A DNA stretch of 64,000 bases, from contig OZ287755.1 of NCBI GenBank assembly GCA_965649765.1, positions 59,644,001-59,708,000 on the forward strand. Reading direction: 5' to 3'. A program made the position numbers and the translations under genes. This DNA is from Bispira polyomma (Eukaryota). Below the pieces are notes generated by a model that ran no database searches, was not told the origin of the DNA, and worked only from the letters and a program-made list of their open reading frames with translations. Below are positions 24,209 to 35,761 of this stretch, piece after piece (the stretch's first letter is position 1; every line of letters begins with the position of its first letter).

Positions 24209-24422
24209 CTAGAAAGAATGGGGAATGGCAGAAGCAAAGGTGAGAGGGACTGTCAAAGCTGCCTGTGAAGTTTTCTGAAGGTAAGTCCAGACAGCTGATG
24301 ATCTCCAGAGATCATGTGCTATGATATTCTGGAGAGATACATTGTTATTAAAGGCAAAAGTTGCTCCAGCTCTTCTAAACGTATGAAATCTGAGTGATTT
24401 TTGTGGAATTCCAGAGTGTGCT
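24209..24422 (-). mobile_element. Isolated C-terminal fragment of a DIRS/Ngaro-type tyrosine recombinase (second family)
   Basis: HSGIPQKSLRFHTFRRAGATFAFNNNVSLQNIIAHDLWRSSAVWTYLQKTSQAALTVPLTF...*; aligns with FHTFRHSGATFSFNSNVSFQDIRIHSNWRSDAIYSYLQ in ORF 29144..29497. Not in the ORF track. Confidence 0.85.
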
Positions 24423-24793
24423 AAGCATTTGTCATTATTTTAGAGAGTTTGGGTAAAGGGTAAAGCGTTCTTGCATATATTAATTTTTGAAAGACCATGT
24501 CCATGATGATGTCATAGTTTAAAATGTCATATGTGACATAATTGGAGGTGGTTGGGGGATTGATTTAACATATATTAAAATGGGTAGGTTCCTAACATAT
24601 AGTTGTGGCATCACACCTGGTTCAAAGTATCAGTACTGGGGAAATATTTCTACTGCTTATTGTCACTTCATTCAAACGGCAGAAATGACATGTATTCTTA
24701 AGTCAAGTCAAAAGAAGAAAACAATGCATCAAATCATATTGTGATTTATCAATCTTAAAGATGGAATATCACATCAACAACATATTTGAAATA

Positions 24794-27700
24794 TTAAACA
24801 CCAATTTCAGAAAGAAACACTCCAGTGAATGAGTTCCTGTCTGGTCCATACATGTGGCTGTCATCAAATACACATCTCACCCAGACAATGTCACCTTCAG
24901 CACACTCAATGACAGCCACACCGGCAATGCCTTGTTCATAATCTCCATCATTAGTAGCACCTACAATAATAATATTACCAATAAGGTGAACAACAAGGCA
25001 ATACATGTTAGCAAATTATAAGATGTATCTGTGCAAGTGTGATGTCACACAAATGTTTGTATATTTAGTTATTTGTTGATTTTCTTCAGATACCTCACAT
25101 TGATATTTATTTAAATGTTGCCCAACTGCACCTAAAGTATTTTTCAGATATACACGGCTGCTTTCACCACAACACTGGTCTCTCCCCAATGTGGGTTTGA
25201 ATTGACTTTGTTCATTTATGTAGGAATGTTTGGCAGGTACTTGTGGTGGTTCACGGCGCTTCAATACTGATTTATTTGCCTATTAAATCTGGCTATTGTG
25301 ATATTACCTGTGCTGTTAAAAGTACCAAAGACCAAACTAAATATATATTCATACAACTTCAGCATATCAGTATGGATTACCAGTAAATCAAGTATAAACT
25401 ACATCTTGCTTACGGCTTACTTTTACCTTTAAGCCATACATTTTTTTTTATAAAAAGACACAATATTTTTTATTATTTGTATTATTATAACATCATAATC
25501 ATTACATTTGATACAATTTCCATCATATTTTTCTGTGTTGCAAAAATACCAGATACAAGATACAAGGTTATACTTAAATTTGACATCATACATAGCAAAT
25601 GCAGAAACACTGTACAAATTATACTTAAAAGTAATAATAGACCAATACATTGTAACATTATACTTTCACATTATATTAATACTGTATGCATGTTTACACT
25701 CCAAATAAACCTGTATATGTACATGTAGTTATACATATATACTGATATTCTGCAGTGGTATTCTGCATCTGTCTACAAATGCAGAGTACCTCCAGGTTTC
25801 AAAGTGGGCATACAAAAGTATTTCCTACTCACTTACAATGAGGCAAACAAAACACAAAAGAGTGTTTTAATGAAAGGTTTAGCAGTTATTTTTAGCAAAA
25901 CACAACCCTGCAAACTACAAAATATTCCTGCTATATGCTATATGAAGTGATTAACCTCTCTGCATGATACTAGTGTACTGAGTGGAGTATTGGTGGTGTA
26001 GTGGGTTCGGCCCTATCATGTATGTTGGTCAGTTGTCAGAAAACCTTGACCAACTACCCTGCTCTGAATACCTCCACCAAGCAATGTCAAATACCAAACT
26101 ATTACCCGAACTCACCTCTTAGCAGATACTCATCATTTTTCACTAAGTCGATGACCATCCTGTCTAGTTCCTGGGAATACACTGTACTACTGAAGAGATA
26201 TACTCCACTGATTGGGCATGTGAACAAACCTGTGTGTATGCGACCATTGCATATAAGCATCAGTTGTATTTAATTACTGTTTATGTTTCTTCTGATAAAC
26301 CCACTAAGAGGGATGGATCTAGAGTTAATCACTAAAAACACTTTCTAAGTTTAGGAAAAAACCTCAAACCTATCTCTTCAAAATCGATTGCCCTCTTATT
26401 TCCCGCTCTGTACACCCTAACCACCTTTTCTTACCACCTGAGTCTTATTTTCACATTGGTTCATTGATTATGTCGCTTTAGAAGATATCTCACATCAATA
26501 ATGCACATTACAAATGCAAACTACAATACAAAAAGTGTGTATCTGCAGTCAATAATTCTGGTCCCATATTCTGTAGCTCAGACTCAACTCAAGTGAAGGC
26601 TATGTGAAAATATTTGCCTTTTGTGGAAATAACCCAAAATTCAGCGCAACATAGAATTTAATGCTCAATTCCAAGAGCAGTCAGATTTTGTTTTGCATTG
26701 TATTTTGGAAATTTTTAAATGTGTCATTGTTGATGCTAAGCATAAATAAGGAAATAAGTCAACATCAAAATGAATGGCGTAGGGTGGATGGACAAGTGTT
26801 AAAATATGGGGTATTGGTTGTGATCTAAGCTGAAGGTGCCTTAGTAGATTCTTTGATTATTAAGGATTTACATTATTATGTAATATTCCTTATTACATTA
26901 AGGATTATTTTCAATTCATTGCTACTGATAAATAATTGTTCGTGTAAGCTGTGTAAGAATATATGTTTCCTCTTATTTAAAGTGTTACAAATGTATCTAG
27001 CCTTATCTATATATTTACAGCCTTATGTGTAGTGGTTCACATGCCACCTTAATTTGTGGTGTTCTGGTGGAAGCCTGATGAAATGTGGTATACCCAAGCC
27101 TCTATCTTAAATCAGGTGAGTGGCAGTTTCAAGTGCTGGCCGGCTGTATTTGAGCTTGCAGACAAACGCGGTGAATATATAAATTTCAGTAACTACAAGA
27201 ACACCAATGCATATACATGTACTTTGTTTTTAACCTTTCTTGTCTTTTAACCAATTTATCTGACAGAGAAAATACTTTACCTTCACTGGGATTATAAGCA
27301 TTGCCCACATTGGCCAATACTACAGGATATTGTACTCGATCCCCCTCATCGTAAATTCTGTCTACAAAGGCTCTAGCTGTAAAGGCTATCTCCCCAGCTT
27401 TAGACACATTGTCTAGTTTTCACGAAAGAAAAAAAAAATATTCAGAGACATCACAATTTTTGCCATCTGGCCACAAATATTGTTTTATTTGTTATTTGTT
27501 GTTACATAATGTCTCATGACAAAGCAAAGACATAGAGGCAATTATACCATGATATATGAGGCATATGAAGACCAATACCAAGTTTTTATACTCTTCTACA
27601 AAAATGTGATTCTTGTAGACGTAGATTTACCTTGCATTTGAACCTATCATAAGCGGTGACACAAACAATTTGTATAGCATGTATGCATGTTTGGCATGCA

Positions 27701-28156
27701 AAAGCCTTAATTTCATTTATCCAACCTGTTTTTATACACAGGTGATCAAATGTTTACATTATCCCTCTGTGTCAAATGTTTTCAATTAATTTTATTGGAC
27801 GGTGACAAACCCACAAAGCATTCTGACCCAATGAAGTTTTGTTAGATAACCAGTACCTATTTCTTGGAAATACTCCCTCAACTCAACCATGTCCTGCCTA
27901 AGTTCATCAACCATGTCTTCCACAGTTAATACCATCTGATGTACATCTCTGTATATGGATGTCACTTGGCTGTCAAACTCTTCTTTTGTCACATGCTGCA
28001 ACATCACTAACAATATTTAGTTTTGACTTTTGTAATGGTTTCAAGGCTTGCACATTTTGCAACAACGACCAGGGAAAAAGTAGTACAAATTATCACAATT
28101 TGTACACTGTACACAAATCTAATGTTGTATGTCAGGACCACACAGTTGGGAGGCAT
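24794..28156 (-). CDS. C1q-domain-containing gene 1 (coiled-coil + globular C1q); 5' end apparently frameshifted
   Basis: Exons: 27857-(28156) (..HVTKEEFDSQV...MVDELRQDMVELREYFQEI); 27281-27412 (NVSKAGEIAFTARAF...VVLANVGNAYNPSE); 26116-26229 (LFTCPISGVYLFSSTVYS...LVKNDEYLLR); 24794-24960 (GATNDGDYEQGIAGVAVIECAEGDIVWVRC...NSFTGVFLSEIGV*). All introns are GT-AG, phase 1. C1q motifs AF, N.G.AY, G.F.CP..G.Y.F, GD.VWV and SFTG are present. Confidence 0.9.
26335..26530 (+). mobile_element. L2 3'-end remnant in a C1q intron
   Basis: TTTAGGAAAAAACCTCAAACCTATCTCTT...GCTTTAGAAGAT. Confidence 0.65.
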
Positions 28157-29143
28157 GTGTAGAGACTAGTTGATTCAGATTTCTACACTGTAAACCAACA
28201 CGCTTCATCAAATATACTGCTCCTTTTTACAACTTGAATGCGAGAAGAAATAGAGTGGAAGGTGAGTGTGTTGCACCTGCATCACCCATAAAAAACACTA
28301 CTTTCAAATGTAATTACAGAGTAATGCAGATAGTCAAATGATAACATACATTTTCACAGGCATATAGACATCATATTGTTTTCATTTAAAGTAACACTTT
28401 CAAGTTATGCTGTCATTTATTTGAACTTTTAGTTGTAAAATAGTTACTATAGTCGTCTATAAGGCTTTGGAAATTGTGATTTGTATTTTTTTCATTTTAA
28501 TAGTTTTTACAATACTATGTAGACCTGTTACACCCATGTTGAAATATAAATTATTATAATGTTCAATTATGTCATGATCTTGTTTGTGGAACTAATATGA
28601 ATTATATTAAAAAATGTAATTTGGATGACACTTTGGATGGCAGTAGATGACATATACTGGTCATATTTAATGCAACTGAGAACACCCAAGTAGATATCTA
28701 ATCTGACATAATATAATTTGGGGGAATACATTTTGAAACACAAATAAACCTGCATTCCATCCCAGTCTGGGCCTCCCAAGCAGATACAAATTTCTTTCAG
28801 ATAACAATTTCACATGGCAGGCCTCTGTCATCAGTCGCCCTACTTTGATGTAAAGCCAGTGAGAGGTAAAGCCAATTGGAGGTAATTGATGAAACAATAG
28901 TGAAAACAATACTTAGTTTGGGACATTTATTCTCTGTAAACATCAATATTTATTAGTACAATTAGTATTGTTAAAACAAGGACTAAATTTTACTATGAGA
29001 GAATAAAGGGACTAACCCCAGACCCAACTAGTAGTGTATAGATTTATTTGAGTATGAAAATTGTGGGTAAGGTGAAACAGGAGGGTTTCTTACAGAATAA
29101 TTGAATGTGGGCCTCATAAGTTAGAACCCAGAGCTTAAGGCAC

Positions 29144-30215
29144 CTATTCGCCTAGCAGTAGGTGGGCCCTCCCCACAGAGCCTCTATTCAACCCTCCCAG
29201 GGGAAGGTTGAAGAGAGGGATCACATACCACACAGCCCAGGGTTCGAACCCCAGAGTTACTACTATGAAGTTCATGGCCACCTTATGGGCAACATTAGTG
29301 GACTGTAAATAAGAGTAGATGGCGTCACTTCGCCAATTACTGTGAATCCTAATATCTTGGAAGGACACATTAGAGTTAAATGAAAAAGTGGCACCACTAT
29401 GCCTAAACGTGTGAAAAGTATAATGTGCAGGGTTCAAGCCTATGGTATTAAGGATAGAAGCCAAAACTTGGCGTACCTTAGTGGCAAGGAGTGGCACAGG
29501 GTGGTGGAAGTAGGCAATAAGAACAAAGGGGAATTATCCAAAGCAGGAACCTGAAGCATCATATACTTGAGGGAAGTAATTGGGCATAAGGTAGAACCCG
29601 AAATAGCAGGAATTTGAACCACCTGATACTGATCATATTTTTGCATGGTTTTAGACCACTTTATTGTAATTAAAGCCCCATGCCACAACCAAGTAATGTC
29701 ACCTATTTGTAACTGACGAATGTTAGCTGCATTAGCATAACTATAAGGCACCATATTAGAAACACGAAAGAAACCAAAATATGAAAGCAGAAAGACTGCT
29801 TTATGTACAAAACCAATTTTAATGCTGTCACATTGCAACACAATTTGTTTCAACATGTCAATAGTAAATACTCCTTTAAATCTAGGTGAATATGGTGAAC
29901 TATTAGCAATAGCTTTTAGCAACAGCCTAACTTTGAAGTGGTTAATACCTTGTAATGGGAGTTCATTAACATAAAAGTAGTGTCTGACAACTGAGACATA
30001 ATTCAGAATGGTAGGATGTTTTAACCCATTTTGGTGGAGAAATTCAATAAATATCAACACAAATAAAAGGGAAGTATAATTTGTAAGACCCAAAAAGTAA
30101 AACAATGCCAAAAATAATTTGAATTGAGAGGCATAAGAAGCTTGTGTCTTCTTGGCATGTGATATAGGAAGTCTTGTCAAAGCAGAATCAACTAATGCCC
30201 CAGCCGAAAGAGAAT
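29144..30215 (-). pseudogene. Tyrosine recombinase (phage-integrase family) of the retrotransposon
   Basis: GFFRVSNM, KWSKT, LCPI, HTFRHSGAT, HSNWRSDAIYSY catalytic boxes; frameshift at ~29470-29500 between ORFs 29440..30180 and 29144..29497. Confidence 0.92.
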
Positions 30216-30309
30216 CTGAAATTATATACCAAAATTTGGTGGAAAATGAAGGTCAGAAATTTCCCACCAAGTAGAATCAGAAAATTGTTCATATTTAGAA
30301 CTGGATATT

Positions 30310-31951
30310 TTACAACATAAGAATATCGTCCCGTGTACGGTCAGTATTAAGCACAGAAACAACGGCCTCATTATCACAACAGACCCTAATCAGTTTACTT
30401 TTAAACTTGTCTTTCCACACATTCAACATGACCCAGATGTTAACCATTTCTAAATGGACAATAGTATAATACTCCAAGCCCATAACGGGATATGTGGCAG
30501 CATATATATCCTGTCCACTGACAGCCCCCACACCTGACAACGAAGCGTCAACATAAACTACAAACTGAGGGAAACTCTGCTTGTGGATAATCACAGTACC
30601 ATTGAACAAATCTAAAAATTTGTTAAAGCAATTAAGGTCTTCTTTGAAACCTTGATCTAATAGAATGGGTTCTGAACGAGCATTTCTCAGACAACGCAGT
30701 ATACGATTAACAAACTGCCTTGCTGGCCGAACGCACTTATGTACAACAACCGGCCCAATAATGATTGCAAGCCTCTGTGAGGTTTTAACCTTAACAGGTT
30801 TTAATATCTTGCATTTTATCATCAGATATTTTAATAATACCATTCTACGCATCTACTAGAATGCCCATACAGACCGCACTAGATTGTGGTTTTTTAAACT
30901 TTTTCTGGTTGATTGGAAAGCCTAAGTCAGTCATAAGTTGATATAACATGTCAAAGACTTTATCAGCAGCGTCTTTATGCTGGACACCAATGACGTTATC
31001 GATGTATCCAAATATGGAATATCCACATTGACACATTACATGACGCAGGAAATCAACCAAACGTTGCATTAAAGCTGAACCGTGCTTGTATTCAAACGCG
31101 ATGGAAGCTTCCACATATGTGACGTCATTCCACTTTAAGCCCATAAGGTTATAGTCATGAGGATCAATTCGGAGGTTCCTAAACACGCGACTGACGTCAA
31201 TTTTATATATATGAGCGTCAGGGCCAATATTAGCAATCTGATCCACAATATTATCAATAGACGGATATGTAAGGATAAAGCTATCACCATCATAGACGTT
31301 ATTCAGAACACAACTATTGACAGAAGTCTTTTCAGGAAATGACAAATTTACAATAATAGGACGAGTGTCGTTAGACTTGGGTCTAGAAAGAAGAGGGGAA
31401 AAATGCATAACGTCAAATGGATTAACTGGGAATGGCCCAGCCATAGACTTATGAGCTATTTCCGTTTGAAAGTACACGTCCACATCCCTGGGATACCGGG
31501 TGGCCGACATATGATTTTGAACATTTGAATAAAACTGAAAACTTGATTGATCCACACAAAGGGGAAAGCCAAAAGCAAGGTAATCATACCGGACACTATC
31601 AGTGTAGTCCTACAGTAACTGAAACCATAATGGAAGGTTAAATTCAGATGGAACTTTAATATGTGCACCTCTATAATTAGAAGTACCGGTTTTTTTCACT
31701 ATAGCATGTGCTTTACACACCAATTCATTAAAAGATTCAGCAGATATCTGAGAATAGGTTTTTGAAATATAATACTCAGTGGGGGCCACTCGCATAAACC
31801 CAAAAGGCTGTCGTGTTTGCACTTTGTTATTTGAATAAATAGGGACCACGTGTTGGGAACCTTGATTATTTACAACAGGAACAGTACACTTGCTAGGAGT
31901 TATACTGTTGATATCAACAGGCACGTTATGCACTGGATGTGTCTTAAGCAA
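30310..31951 (-). pseudogene. Reverse transcriptase + RNase H of the retrotransposon
   Basis: SPLLSRPK, RPIIVNLSFP, YPSIDNIV, KIDVSRVFRNL, GYIDN (decayed YxDD), then YVDASLSGVG, IVHLEMVN, CDNEAVVSVLN; split over four ORFs. Confidence 0.92.
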
Positions 31952-32459
31952 GCCATTATCTGACTGAGAGTCATCATCCGAGTCAAAATCAGATTACAGA
32001 CTATTACACATAGAACTATTATGTACAATATTCATAACACTATTTTGAACCACATCACGACTGGTATAACTAGCACTGACGCCTTTGGCTATGTTATTAC
32101 AATCTACTTGTAGAGCAATATTAGTATTATCACATTTATTATCGCCAAAGTTCGGCCTACTACTACCAGACAACTAATCTAGTGGTTTGTTACTATTTAC
32201 AGGTAGCTCAGTATAATCATTTTGCACACCATTAGAAGGGAAATGCTCAGGGCCAGTATTCTGTTTAATATTAGTCTTACAACATAAAATTTGATCAGCT
32301 ACAAATTTAGTGCTCCAAAAAACCCTTGTGGGAATAAAATCTATATTTTTGCCAACTTTAGTATTAGCCGAGACAAATTTAGAACCAGAAGAAGTGAATA
32401 TTCTACTTTTAACTTTGCCCCAGCATTGCTTCCAATTAGTTTTTTGCCTGTTTGTCTTT

Positions 32460-33800
32460 GATTTTCCTGTTACATGTGATCTCAGTGTGATTAAAAAATC
32501 TTTTGATCAACCCAAAACAGTAAGCACAACTATGTTTTTGGAGTATGTTATTAGTCACATGGTCTGCCTTGTAACTACATTGACCAGTATTGTAACTCGG
32601 ACAAGGAATTTCAGAAAGATTGTTTTTTGCAGATTTAGCCTTTGCATTGTAAATGGGATATACAGCCCTTTGAGTATACCTGCTTCAAATAGAAGCCACC
32701 TCTAATTCATTTAACCAGGTAATTTTGCCTTTCTTCATCTCCTGTAAAATAACCTTATGAGCTGTTTTAGCTGTAAACCAATTGGTCTCCTGGGCGTCTT
32801 GGAGCAATTGGTGGCCATACTTAGTCATATTTTGTTTTGCTATGGGATTTTGCTCTTCTAAAATGCAACCCAGGAGACCTTGACAGAATTGGATAGGAGT
32901 GAGATCTTCATAGGAGGGCATAGCTCTATCTGGACCAAGGCAGAACTCATGTGGCCAATTTACATTAACTTTCACAACAGTATCACCCCCCCCCCCCCCC
33001 CCCCCAAATAACCCTGATTTAAGTTTATTACCTTTACTAAACTCGCAATGTTCGTGTCTGTCTACGGAATCGAGCTGCTGTAGGTGCCTGTCCGCCTGGT
33101 GCTGTAGTGGTAGGTTGTCCCTCAGGTACGACATGCTGGGGACCACTCCCCTATCAATGCCATCAGACTCAAATGTTTGATTGTTCATGGGTCTAGCTCC
33201 CATTCTACCATCAGCTGGTGGAGATGGCACATACCCCCTACGTTGCTGGCTCACAGGTGTAGGTGGAACTGGTGTAGGCAAGGCAGCAGGGTCAGGGGTC
33301 ATCTGGTTGGTTAACAAATGTTCAGGTCCCTCTGATGGTCAGCCTTCACCTGGTTCACCTGGCCCTTCAGTCTCTGCAGATGACTCATGATGGCTTCGAG
33401 CTTCGCCTCACTGGTACACTGCACACTTGGCCCGGGCTGCACACTGCTGGCTGGCTGGTCTGGTCTGATCCCTGGGGTTCCCTCGTGGAGGAGAGGTCAC
33501 ACTGGTGGTCTGTTGCTGGTGGTGGGCTGTCTCGGCCTGGGGAGCTTCATCAGACTGCTGGGTCTCAATCAAAAGTTGGCTTTGTGTCAATGAATATATG
33601 TCATGCGACACACCCTGTGGTTGGGCACTAGGGATTTGAGCGTCACCACCAAGTTCAACACCTTGTGTTGTCATTTCGTACAGAGAGCCCAGATCTCCCA
33701 CCACAAATGGACACGCCACCCCAATGGGTTTAACGTGATTAAGATCACACTTGGAATAATAAGCAAGGTTTTTTGCTTCCCTAGGGAGTGTTTTCTTCCT
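32460..33800 (-). pseudogene. gag-like ORF1 of the retrotransposon
   Basis: N-terminal KCDLNHVKPIGVAC, Pro/Gln-rich middle, VNWPHEF..PSYEDLTPIQFCQG...W..AK.AH, and a C-terminal Cys/His finger PCPSYNTGQCSYKADHV....HSCAYC......H.E..C at ~32605-32470 (shifted frame). Confidence 0.8.
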
Positions 33801-34295
33801 GCCGTCCAGTGTACCAGACTCACATCTTGTACTAATCTTCACCAGAGACCAATTATGGACCATGACCGATATAATACACCAACAGTGCCCAGTCACTGTT
33901 TAATAACCTGCCATTAGCACAGAATATTTATGTCTGAACCATACACCCACGTGCATTCATAAGGTACCCCTGTATGTTTGTCCGACCGAATCACCTAATG
34001 ATTCTCACAACACCCAAGGTGTATCAGTTTATGTACTGGTAACAAGTGACATAGGAAATAAACCCACCAGGTAACAAGGTAACAACGTAAAGGTAACAAG
34101 GTAACCAGGTAACAAGGTAACAATGGCACACGGTTCTCAAAGCACAACACCCACGGTTGCCTTTCCCAACACACCTTGTGTGTATTAAAATGGCTTGGTA
34201 CAAGAGGCAATTTGTTGTTGCAGTATCAGACTCTCATTCGCACATTCCAGCATACCAACAACCAACAAATGCCCAGAGTTACTGTTACTGAGGGT

Positions 34296-34303
34296 TTATA
34301 TAG
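34296..34303 (-). promoter_or_regulatory. Candidate TATA box of the retrotransposon (CTATATAA)
   Basis: CTATATAAA upstream of the 5' UTR and gag ORF, on the same strand. Confidence 0.45.
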
Positions 34304-35411
34304 ACCCCTTATCACATGTACACCAGACAGTAACCTCTGACCCTTACAATGCTATACCAATATAAATCACATGAACAGACATGATGCAATACAGGCCCTT
34401 ATAACACTATACCATCATAAATCACATGAACAGGCTTGATGCAATACAGACATCAGCCCACTGAGCTGAGATGCCCCCATTAATACAGAAGTACTGAACA
34501 AAATTAAAAGACATCAAACCTCTGAGCTAATTGCCCCCACCAACACAGAAGCAATGTACAGAGCTCAGTTACAAATGTATGTCTGGTTAATATGATGACC
34601 ACCAGTACTGCACCCAGAAAGCCACCTGGCCACACAAATCATTTAATACACATGTTTAAGTACACATGGGTGAACAGATGATAGTTAGGTTACACACTAC
34701 ATGGTCGATTGAACCTGAGTGAAATTTCCCTCATCACATAGGTCAAGTATCAAGTATTAAGCTAAAATCCATTGGGATGGTGATACAGTCATTTTAAAGT
34801 CTCTTTTTACCATTTAGGGTAATGACTGTTACCACTACTGCTTGGTTATTAGGTTGCCTAAGCACTATATCATCATATGGAAATAAGCTTCGCTGGTTGC
34901 TAATACAGAAACTTACCGTTTTTAGTATAACAATTTGGTGTGTAATGCAACCAACCCTAATCTATTGCTGCACTTGTCTTCCCTGATCATAGCTAGTAGA
35001 CTAACACTTGGCAATCAGTTGTCAGTCTTTACTTAAAAAGTGGATAGATGAGAAGACGAGACGTTCAATTATGTTATAAAGTGCCCTAACTAGTTTTACT
35101 TTAATTTCTGTTGGTTTTACATTGCGTTTTACAGCAGAGTTCATAATGCTAAGGTCAGATTTAAATTAAGAAACCAGTGCCAAAGCACTCTAAACCACTG
35201 ACTTATGGTAAATAACTGACAAACTTTCCAACATGAAGGAATAAATAGGATTGGGACCTACATTGGAGAGGCAGATTTGCAAAGCAGGCTCTTCTAACCA
35301 TTGGGTTACCAGAGACCCTCTATCTAGTTTAAGTTTGAAAGTCTACATTTCAGGCTCGTTTAGCCTCCACCGTTAGCACATTACCTGGTCATAAGATTTT
35401 CTAGTAACGCC

Positions 35412-35683
35412 TTTTTATCTCGGAGGGCGGAGCTTGCCAAGATCATAAAGGAGATGCATGTTTTTTTTTTCTGTAGATAGCACCTTCTACCAGTTTTGCC
35501 CATTGTTTTAAGTCAGTTTTTCGCAGTTACATGTGGTTGGTACTAAGGACAAGTCAAAAGCATTAGTATATCTATTTATTTTTTATTTAGTTTGTAAAAT
35601 AAGATTTAACCTTTGACCTCGCAATTACCGCATGTTTTGTTTTGTCATTTTTTGTGGGACCAGTCAGACTCACAGGTTTCAAT

Positions 35684-35761
<78 letters not shown>

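Larger units (their letters stand above)
28930..34330 (-). mobile_element. Decayed, near full-length tyrosine-recombinase retrotransposon (DIRS order; Ngaro/PAT-like, no methyltransferase domain seen)
   Basis: Order gag-like, RT, RNase H, YR on one strand; several frameshifts. Ends are approximate, and the element may extend to ~28700 and ~34650. Confidence 0.92.

Noticed and set aside
28805-28840. Hammerhead-like CTGATGA...GAAA on the minus strand near the retrotransposon 3' end
   Set aside because: Stem II lacks the expected closing pair after CUGAUGA, and I could not build stems I and III.
29215-29256. tRNA gene suggested by the GGTTCGAACCC B-box
   Set aside because: No cloverleaf or acceptor stem; treated as part of the retrotransposon hairpin module. 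Other A/B-box hits in the window are SINE heads.
34918-34995. Possible upstream exon of C1q gene 1 (ATG...CG|gtaagt on the minus strand)
   Set aside because: The ATG frame stops before the donor. It could be a non-coding exon, but sequence alone does not support the call.
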